Origin: Candidatus Bathyarchaeia archaeon | GTDB taxonomy: Archaea; Thermoproteota; Bathyarchaeia; Bathyarchaeales; Bathycorpusculaceae | Direction: 5' to 3' | Length of the DNA: 64,000 nt | Assembly (NCBI GenBank): GCA_038882655.1 | Contig: JAVZNT010000002.1 | Location: 1 to 64,000, forward strand | In this document: one piece after another, positions 56,603 to 64,000 of the stretch | Position numbering within the stretch: position 1 is the first letter of the stretch | Layout of the letters: each line of letters begins with the position of its first letter | Position numbers and translations under genes: made by a program | Notes under the pieces: model-generated | Databases searched by the model: none | Told to the model about the DNA's origin: nothing | What the model saw: only the letters and a program-made list of their open reading frames with translations

Positions 56603-58388
56603 ACATGAGGGTTTTCAAAGGCTGTTATAATCCACTTTTCTCCACGCTTTTCAATATGCACAGTTACTGTGTGGTCCTCCTGAGTCGCCATCAACTTGTT
56701 CCATTGAGCAGTTGGAAGGTCTTTTGGAGTGGCTTCCACCCACTCGTATGTCGCGTTATCCAGGCGGAGAACAATGTGGGTTGTTCCATCCTCCACATAC
56801 TCGTATTTGCCCTTAACTTTTGCGCTAACCTCTATTTCGGTTATTATGCCGAAAAGTTTTAGAAATTCCTGCCGAGTGGCGCGTACAAGCTGTTCGCTTG
56901 TCATGCCCTCCTCATGCATTTTTATGGCTATTTTGCTTGTTTCCTCCGCATCGACTATGGCAAAACCAGCAAGATAGATGGTTTCCTCCTTTCCACTTAT
57001 GGCTTCCCGCCAGTAAATGGGCACATACCATGCAAGTCTGTAGTTGTCAGGGGATATTTGCACCGGATATAGGAGCGGCATTTCAGCGTCATACATGCCA
57101 GCTGCGGGTTTTGGAAGCCTTCCTTCAACGAGGTCTTCGGCTGTCATGCCTGAGATGTAGTTGGCTTGCTTGAAATCGTAGAAGAATATGCTGTTTCTTG
57201 TGGCTTTGAAAACGCCTGAAAGGGTTCGTCTATTGCCAATAGGGTTCACGCAGATTAAGGCTACGACATCACCTGTTTCTGGGTCTACGATGTAGCGTGT
57301 GTCCTCTGTCATCTCGAAGCGTTCTCGGCTGGGTGGGATAAACCACAGGAAGCCTCCAGCCCAATAATCAAAGCCTGTGCCCCTTTTGAAGTTCCCCATC
57401 TCGTTTATCATTTCTTCAAGCCAGTTCTCATCGTAAACTTGCGTAACCCAGTCTGGGATTTGAAGGAGCGACTCCGCTTGAGGGTAAAGGCTGCCCTCTT
57501 CATCATAAATTAATGGGGTCTCATAACGCCTGATAAGGTCGAAGCCAACATAATAGCGGGTTACGACATACGCTGTTTCGTTTGTTTCGAGATTCCATGT
57601 CACGTAGGCTACACCGTAACGATTTGAAATGTCGTTCATATAAGAGCGGAAGTGAACGTTATGGTCAAACCATAAAGATTCGCCAACCGCAAATTTCCTC
57701 TGCAAAATTTTAGGAGGCGCCAACGGATCTGTGGCGTCTATTACGACAAAGCCCTTCACATAGTTTTCAGCTATAACGTTTGTTGAACCTATAACCGCAA
57801 CCCAGACCAGTTTGCCTTCCGGAGTTTTTGTAATGTGGCATCCTAAAACTTGAGTGTTGCTTCCAAACTCCGACATGTGACGTCGGGCTACTGAAATGGC
57901 AAGCTCCTCAGTGACAAGGCGCACCATGTTGTCCGGAATTTCCCTATCAAAGGGCAGTCCAGAACTCATATGGATAAAGTTGTTAAAGTATGCGGCGTTA
58001 GCCACCCTTTGAACCTGCCAAAAAACAATCATTGAGGATGCTGCAAGCAAGTAAACGAGAAACAAATGCCTAAAAGCCTCGCCCTAGCCTTCAATGAAAT
58101 CTTCCACGGCAAACGCCTATAATGATAATAATAGTTCTTCTCAGCTTCTTCTGGACCAATCGGCTTTATGGAAAAGGCTGACTCCGCAAAGGCGACAAAC
58201 AACCTAAGGAAAACAAGAAGATACACAAATACACTTAATGGAGGCTGGGAAAACTGGATTATAAAGAATAGAAACAAGCCTAATAGAAGCGAAATTATCC
58301 GTCTAGACTTTCTCCAGCTGTCTCTCTGTGGAGGTATTGGAATATACCAAACCACCGCCCAAATTAAAAGGAATATGAATAGGTTCAC
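56599..58388 (-). pseudogene. Membrane-anchored hypothetical protein split by a 1-nt frameshift near 58065
   Basis: ORF 58388-58029 (TM helices) and ORF 58065-56599 join as ..LLGI|LFLVYLL.. if one T is restored in GGCATTTGTTT. Confidence 0.65.
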
Positions 58389-58546
58389 AGCCTACACCAA
58401 CCTAATTGGTGTATGTGTCTGCTTGAAAGGTTTTGCTATCTTTTGCCCATACGTTCTAAAAGTTCATATTCGCGGCAAAACTCTTAATACCCCATTAAAA
58501 GCCCTAAATGCCAAAGGGGCATTAAACTATTTTGACGGGTGCTAAA

Positions 58547-59683
58547 ATGGAATGTGAAAAGGAAACAAGGACTTTTTTGCAGGGAAGCGAAGCGTGTGTA
58601 GAGGCTGCGCTAACTGCTGGATGCAGATTTTTTGCTGGCTATCCCATTTCGCCAGCTAATGAGATTGCCGAGCACATGGCAGCGCGTCTTCCAAAGGTTG
58701 GCGGCATATTCCTACAAATGGAGGATGAGCTAGCCTCAATAGGGGCTGTTGTCGGCGCAAGCTGGTGTGGTGTTAAGGCAATGACGGCTACTTCTGGACC
58801 GGGCTTCAGCTTAATGCAAGAAACCATAGGCTGGGCTTTCATGACTGAAACGCCATGCGTCATCGTTGACGTTCAGAGGGTTGGACCCGGTACTGGTCAA
58901 GCGACCAAGTGTGCGCAGGGCGATGTTATGCAGGCGCGGTGGGGAACCCATGGCGATTACATGGCTGTTTCGCTTTGCCCCAACTCCGTCCAAGAAGTTT
59001 TTGAACTTAGTATTAGGGCGTTCAACCTTGCAGAAAAATATCGCACACCAGTCACTTTGCTAACAGATGAGACTACAGTGCATCTTAGAGAGCATTTAGT
59101 TATACCACCCTTGGAAAACATAGAGATAGTTAACCGCAAAAAGCCAAAGGCTGGAGAGCAAGTCTTCTTCGGCTTGGAGGATGTCGCACCCATGCCATCC
59201 ATAGAGGAAGGGTTCAATGTAGCTGTTACTGGCTCAACCCACGACGAACGGGGGGTTAGATTTACTGCTGACCCAGTTGTGCATAGGCGGGTGATAGAGG
59301 CGATTAACAACAAGATAAGGAAAAACGTGGATGATATTGTGGAAGTGGAGAGCTACAACATTGAAGACTGCAAGGTGGGCATGGTGGCTTACGGCATTAC
59401 CTCACGCGCAATCTATGAGGCTGTCGAAGAAGCAGAAAAAAGAGGTGTAAAAGTTGGCTATGTCCGCCTAAAAACCCTTTGGCCCTTCCCGGAAAAGCCG
59501 GTGCAGAGGCTTGCGGAAAACGCTGAAAAAATAATTGTGCCGGAAATGAATTTGGGGCAAATAGTCAACGAGATTAAAAGGGTTGCTGGCTGCACAGAGG
59601 TCGTTCCGCTCAACAAGATAGGCGGCGGCGAACTAATCACTCCAGAAGAGATTTTAGAAAAGATTTTGAAGGAGGCGCAATGA
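58547..59683 (+). CDS. 2-oxoacid:ferredoxin oxidoreductase alpha subunit (second copy)
   Basis: GYPISPANE, QMEDEL, TATSGPG, RVGPGTG; start 58532 or 58547. Confidence 0.9.
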   Translation: MECEKETRTFLQGSEACVEAALTAGCRFFAGYPISPANEIAEHMAARLPKVGGIFLQMEDELASIGAVVGASWCGVKAMTATSGPGFSLMQETIGWAFMTETPCVIVDVQRVGPGTGQATKCAQGDVMQARWGTHGDYMAVSLCPNSVQEVFELSIRAFNLAEKYRTPVTLLTDETTVHLREHLVIPPLENIEIVNRKKPKAGEQVFFGLEDVAPMPSIEEGFNVAVTGSTHDERGVRFTADPVVHRRVIEAINNKIRKNVDDIVEVESYNIEDCKVGMVAYGITSRAIYEAVEEAEKRGVKVGYVRLKTLWPFPEKPVQRLAENAEKIIVPEMNLGQIVNEIKRVAGCTEVVPLNKIGGGELITPEEILEKILKEAQ

Positions 59684-59686
59684 AAG

Positions 59687-60517
59687 ATGGGTGAAAGGAC
59701 ATTCTCGCCTACTAACTACTTGAGACCGGGGTTACGTTTTCCCTTCTGCCCAGGCTGTGGGTTATACACCTTAAGCGACGCCTTTCTAAGAGCCGTTTTT
59801 GAGCTTGGCTACGACGATTTCAGAAAGTTCTGTTTCGTCAGCGGGATTGGCTGCTCTTCATGGATACCTTCGCCATATTATTTGGCGGATTCCATCCACA
59901 CTTTGCATGGGAGAAGCATACCAGTGGCCACAAGCATAAAACTTCTGCGGCCAGAACTTAATGTAGTTGTTTTTGGCGGAGACGGCGACATTGTCGGGAT
60001 TGGTATGGGCCACTTCATACATGCTGCAAGAAGAAACACCGACATTCTCGTTATAATGGGCAACAACATGATTTATGGAATGACCGGCGGCCAAGTAGCC
60101 CCTACAACGCCTTTAAAGACGAGGACAACCACGACACCTTATGGAAGCTTTGAGCACCCATTGGATGCCGCTAGAATTGCGGTTGCGGCTGGAGCCAATT
60201 ATGCGGCAAGGTGGACAACCGCCCACTCCAAAGAGCTTAAAGAATGCTTTAAAAAAGCACTCCGAATGGACGGTTTCAGATTTATCGAAGTTGTCACCCA
60301 ATGCCCAACAGCCTATGGCAGAAGGGCTGGATTCAAGGACATCGGGGAAATGCTGAAGTGGTTTAAAGAGAACGCTGTTCCTGCGGCAGAGGCAGAAAAA
60401 ATGGGCGAAGAAGAGCTTGAAGGTAAAATTGTTGTCGGCGAGTTCATCCATAGAAGAAGGCTGACCCTTGTTGAAAGTGTTTATGCGGTTTTAAAGGAGA
60501 CGCAGCAAGATGCCTAA
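59687..60517 (+). CDS. 2-oxoacid:ferredoxin oxidoreductase beta subunit (second copy)
   Basis: FCPGCG, SGIGCS, HTLHGR, GDGD, GMTGGQ, QCPT. Confidence 0.9.
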   Translation: MGERTFSPTNYLRPGLRFPFCPGCGLYTLSDAFLRAVFELGYDDFRKFCFVSGIGCSSWIPSPYYLADSIHTLHGRSIPVATSIKLLRPELNVVVFGGDGDIVGIGMGHFIHAARRNTDILVIMGNNMIYGMTGGQVAPTTPLKTRTTTTPYGSFEHPLDAARIAVAAGANYAARWTTAHSKELKECFKKALRMDGFRFIEVVTQCPTAYGRRAGFKDIGEMLKWFKENAVPAAEAEKMGEEELEGKIVVGEFIHRRRLTLVESVYAVLKETQQDA

Positions 60518-61037
60518 AAGAATTGAAGTTATAATTGGTGGGCATGGCGGTCAAGGTGTTGTTTTAGCTGGGCAAATTTTGGGGAAGGCAGCCGCCTTTG
60601 AAGGGAAGAATGTTGTGCAAACACAAAGTTATGGTGCAGAAGCCCGTGGAAGCCTAGCCAAAAGCGAGGTAATAATATCAGAAAGCCGAATAGGCTTTCC
60701 AGCGGTCCGAAGATGCGATGTGCTTGTAGCTATGAATCAAGAGTCCCTTGAAAAGTACTGGCCCCTCTTGAAGGATGATGGCACATTAATAGTTGACAGC
60801 AGCGTTGAAAAATTCCCGGAAGTGAAAGCCAAAACCTTCAAAGTGCCAGCCGTTGAAACAGCCAGAAAAACTTTTGGAGAAAACCTATTCGCAAACATGG
60901 TTATCCTCGGGGCACTGGTGAAAATAACACAAGTTGTCAGCGTGGAATCCATGGAGATGAGCATAAGGGAAAGTGTTTCAGAGAAAACTTTAGAGACGAA
61001 TTTAAACGCTTTTAAGAAAGGCTTGCAGCTCGTCTAG
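60510..61037 (+). CDS. 2-oxoacid:ferredoxin oxidoreductase gamma subunit (second copy)
   Basis: GHGGQG, SYGAEARG, ANMVILG. Confidence 0.9.
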   Translation: MPKRIEVIIGGHGGQGVVLAGQILGKAAAFEGKNVVQTQSYGAEARGSLAKSEVIISESRIGFPAVRRCDVLVAMNQESLEKYWPLLKDDGTLIVDSSVEKFPEVKAKTFKVPAVETARKTFGENLFANMVILGALVKITQVVSVESMEMSIRESVSEKTLETNLNAFKKGLQLV

Positions 61038-61119
61038 TGCCATTGGAGAGTTTGCCAAACCTTCAAACAAGTTTTATATGCCTTCAGCCGTTTAGGTTAG
61101 GTTTAAAAGGTGAAATGTC

Positions 61120-62337
61120 ATGGTAGATTTCAGCTTCACCGAAGAGCAGGAACTTTTCCGCAAAGCAGTCCGCGAATGGTGCCGAAAAGAGCTTACACTG
61201 GAAAAGGTTAGAGAAATGGATAGCAAAGGGGAAATCCCAAGGGAAATTATCAAGGGATTGGCTGATTTAGGATTACTGCTTATGACCGTGCCGGAGGAGC
61301 ATGGCGGGGCAGGCGCCGACTGGGTTACGGCTTGCATTGCGGCTGAAGAGTTGGGCTATGCGGACATCAGCATTGCAGTGCCGGTGCTCTTTTTAGTTGA
61401 GGGTTCATGGGGCTTTGTAACCGACAAGTACTGCACTGAGCAAGTTCGAGAAGAAGTGATAAGGAAGGCTGCTAGGGGCGAAGCCTTCATTGGCATAGCC
61501 TCAACAGAAGCGGGCGGAGGCTCAGATGTTGCAGCCATAAAGTCAACAGGCACAAAGGAAGAAGCCCATTGGATTTTAAATGGAGAGAAAACCTACATAA
61601 GCGGGACAGAAGAAGCAAAAAAATTTGGTGGGGGACACTTTACACTGGTTAGGACAGCGCCGCCGCCTCCAGGAGCATCCCACCGGGGCATAACAGCCTT
61701 CTACTTGCCAATAAATGCGCCGGGCGTGGAAGTTGGCAAACGCTTTGAGGAAATGGGGCGCATGGCAATTTCAACTGGAAGCATAGTTATGGACAATGTT
61801 AGGCTTTCAGACGCCTACCGCTTAGGCGAAGAGGGAAGAGGCTTCTACTTAACCATGGAAGGCTTCGACAATGCAAGGCTGCTGATAGGCGCCACCTGTT
61901 TGGGGGCTGCCCAAAAAGCCTTAGAACTTGGAATTGATTATATTAAAGAGCGACAAGCCTTTGGAAACCCCATTGGAAAGTATGAGGGCATCCAGTTTGA
62001 CTTGGCGGACATGTGGGCTGAGCTTGAGGCTTTAAGGTCTCTTGTTTACCGAACAGCATGGATGAACGATGAAAAATATAAGCAGAGACGCTTCACACCA
62101 CTAGAAGTCACAAAGTACGTTTCAGCGGTTAAGCTGAGGGTTCCACCCTTCGCCTTCAAAGTTTTTGAGCACGTGCTCTTATGGATGGGGGCTTGGGGCT
62201 ACACAAAAGAATGCCCGCTAGAAATGGGACTACGGGGCATAATGTCCTACTACATCGGAGCTGAAGGCGCCATGAACATCCAACGAATCATCATAGCCAG
62301 AGAACTGCTGGGCAGAGACTACATACCATACAAATAA
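61120..62337 (+). CDS. Acyl-CoA dehydrogenase
   Basis: FTEEQ, TEAGGGSD, NGEKTYIS, RQAFG, GAEGAMNIQR. Confidence 0.92.
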   Translation: MVDFSFTEEQELFRKAVREWCRKELTLEKVREMDSKGEIPREIIKGLADLGLLLMTVPEEHGGAGADWVTACIAAEELGYADISIAVPVLFLVEGSWGFVTDKYCTEQVREEVIRKAARGEAFIGIASTEAGGGSDVAAIKSTGTKEEAHWILNGEKTYISGTEEAKKFGGGHFTLVRTAPPPPGASHRGITAFYLPINAPGVEVGKRFEEMGRMAISTGSIVMDNVRLSDAYRLGEEGRGFYLTMEGFDNARLLIGATCLGAAQKALELGIDYIKERQAFGNPIGKYEGIQFDLADMWAELEALRSLVYRTAWMNDEKYKQRRFTPLEVTKYVSAVKLRVPPFAFKVFEHVLLWMGAWGYTKECPLEMGLRGIMSYYIGAEGAMNIQRIIIARELLGRDYIPYK

Positions 62338-62373
62338 CCCTTCTTTTCTATATCATATGTTGGGCTGCCTTTA

Positions 62374-63483
62374 ATGAGCTATCAAATAAGGTGCGCTGTT
62401 TGTAAGCGAGAATCTCTAAGCCTAATAGACTATGAATGCCAAGAATGCGGAAGCCCGCTAGATGTGAAGCTTAACATAACCTTCAACATAGGAGACATCC
62501 AAACAGGTGTTCGTGGCGTTTGGCGTTACGCAAAATTCTTCCCCTATGTGAAGGCATCGGAAATTGTGACACTTGGCGAGGGCTGGACACCGCTGGTAAA
62601 GTTTTCAGAAAACCTCTACTTTAAGCTTGAAAACCTAAACCCAACAGGCTCCTTCAAGGATAGGGGCTCAACAGTTCTAATATCAGCTGTTCATAAGCAG
62701 ATTAAGGCTTGCGGAGGCTATATTGCTGAGAACTCGTCTGGTAACGCTGGAGCTTCGATAGCGGCTTATGCTGCTCGCGCCGGGTTAAAAGCCAAGATAT
62801 ATGTGCCGGAAAATGTTTCTGGACCAAAATTCAACCAGATAATGTTTTACGGCGCAGAAGCCGTGAAAGTGGCTGATTCTAGAAGTCGTGTGGCCGATGA
62901 AGCAAAAAAGCCGGAAGCTGAAAAGTTTTATGTTGGGCACATTTTGCATCCCCTCTTCCGCGATGGAATAAGAAGCCTAGCCTACGAAATAGCCGAACAA
63001 CTGGAGTGGAAGCCTCCGGAAAGGGTTTACCTTCCAGTTTCGGCTGGAACGCTGCTTTTAGGCGTTATAAACGGTTTTAGGCATTTGAAAGAGGCTGGCG
63101 TAATCAAGGACGTGCCGAAAATTGTGGCTTGCCAGACGAGGCAAGTCTCGCCCTTATACCACCGTTTTAAAGGCTTGCACTACCAGCCTCCAGAAAGGAT
63201 AAATTCGATTGCAGATGCGCTGGTAAGCACAAACCCGCCACTTTTAGAGCTTATGGTTAAAAGTTTAAGGGAGGTTGACGGCGACGCCATACTGGTTGAA
63301 GAAGAGGAAATAATCCGATCCTTCAAAGAACTGGCTAAGATGGGATTTTATGTGGAGCCAAGCTCAGCAGTGGCTTACGCAGCCTACCAAAAGCAACTAT
63401 GGAAAGAGGCAGCGGTGCGAAAAGAGAAAACAGTAATAATCTTGACTGGAACAGGACTGAAAACAACATTGGCGAACCTTTAA
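62374..63483 (+). CDS. Threonine synthase-like PLP enzyme
   Basis: N-terminal CxxC..CxxC, LGEGWTP, NPTGSFKDRG, SSGNAG, VEPSSA, LTGTGLK. Confidence 0.85.
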   Translation: MSYQIRCAVCKRESLSLIDYECQECGSPLDVKLNITFNIGDIQTGVRGVWRYAKFFPYVKASEIVTLGEGWTPLVKFSENLYFKLENLNPTGSFKDRGSTVLISAVHKQIKACGGYIAENSSGNAGASIAAYAARAGLKAKIYVPENVSGPKFNQIMFYGAEAVKVADSRSRVADEAKKPEAEKFYVGHILHPLFRDGIRSLAYEIAEQLEWKPPERVYLPVSAGTLLLGVINGFRHLKEAGVIKDVPKIVACQTRQVSPLYHRFKGLHYQPPERINSIADALVSTNPPLLELMVKSLREVDGDAILVEEEEIIRSFKELAKMGFYVEPSSAVAYAAYQKQLWKEAAVRKEKTVIILTGTGLKTTLANL

Positions 63484-63840
63484 GTCCTCACGTTGATGGA
63501 AATTTGACCCACAACCCAATTTTGGTTTAATAACGCAAATCAAATGATTCCATCGCAAAACTCGCCAGAGCCTAACGAGTCTCCGTAGGGAGCGCTTCTC
63601 ATTGCTGAAACTACTGCCTTTGCGGCAATAACCATAACCAACTATTATTTTAAAGTACAAAAGAAAATTCGCTGAGATGCCGAGCGTCTTTTCTGTTTTT
63701 ATGAAATTGGACTTTGAATGTTTCTAATATGAAATTTGGTAAACGAAGCTATTTCGAAACGTGTTTAGTTAGGCGTTGTTAAGGAAAAATTTATATTGTA
63801 ATGCTGTTTCTCATTGTGACGCATTAGGGGGTTGTTTGGT

Positions 63841-64000
63841 TTGTCATCGCCCGCATCAGCCGGAGTCCCAGTTCTAATATTAAAGGAAGGCTCAAGCCGC
63901 TCAAGGGGTAGGGAAGCCCAACACACAAACATTATGGCTGCCCGCATAATAGCCGAAACCGTGAAAAGCTCCCTTGGGCCAAAGGGTATGGACAAGATGC
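63841..64000 (+). CDS. ths: Thermosome (group II chaperonin) subunit, 3'-truncated by window edge
   Basis: TTG 63841: [53 protein letters not shown]; missing from the ORF track. Confidence 0.93.
   Translation, partial: MSSPASAGVPVLILKEGSSRSRGREAQHTNIMAARIIAETVKSSLGPKGMDKM

Noticed and set aside
63397-63995. Minus-strand ORFs 63397-63660 and 63765-63995
   Set aside because: The second is antisense to the thermosome start; the first overlaps the thrC-like gene and has no recognisable features.
1-64000. CRISPR arrays, tRNA/rRNA genes, IS elements and the many short antisense ORFs
   Set aside because: No spaced direct repeats, cloverleaf motifs or transposase signatures seen by eye; short ORFs are shadows of well-supported genes.

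Overview
Dense archaeal core-genome window of about 70 CDS. The mix of an archaeal histone, eS25, a TFE-beta/RPC34-like factor, KEOPS, GAN/Cdc45, HdrA-MvhD and CofE suggests a TACK archaeon, most likely Bathyarchaeia (inference). I saw no tRNA/rRNA, CRISPR array or mobile element. It holds the rps15-GAN-pcc1-serS-rps3ae and kae1-bud32-rdgB clusters and many amino-acid/2-oxoacid catabolic genes. Three loci stand out. (1) A TrpY-like repressor with a 10-bp-periodic array of TRP boxes faces trpB2 plus a ParB/SerK/SbnI-like putative serine kinase, a possible two-enzyme Ser -> O-phosphoserine -> Trp indole-salvage module. (2) An IscS*-IscU-SufS operon whose IscS homologue has lost most PLP/substrate-binding residues but keeps the catalytic Cys. 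(3) An HdrC-GltD fusion and an HdrA-MvhD fusion head a 2-oxoacid:ferredoxin oxidoreductase operon with no hdrB or hydrogenase. Other notes: a probable arginine synthetase (ArcE-like), a perfect NikR-type operator, a Thr1-less proteasome beta subunit, one gene with an in-frame TGA, one frameshifted gene, a likely non-canonical start and an unannotated 50-aa ORF. All calls rest on motif recognition by eye; no searches were run.
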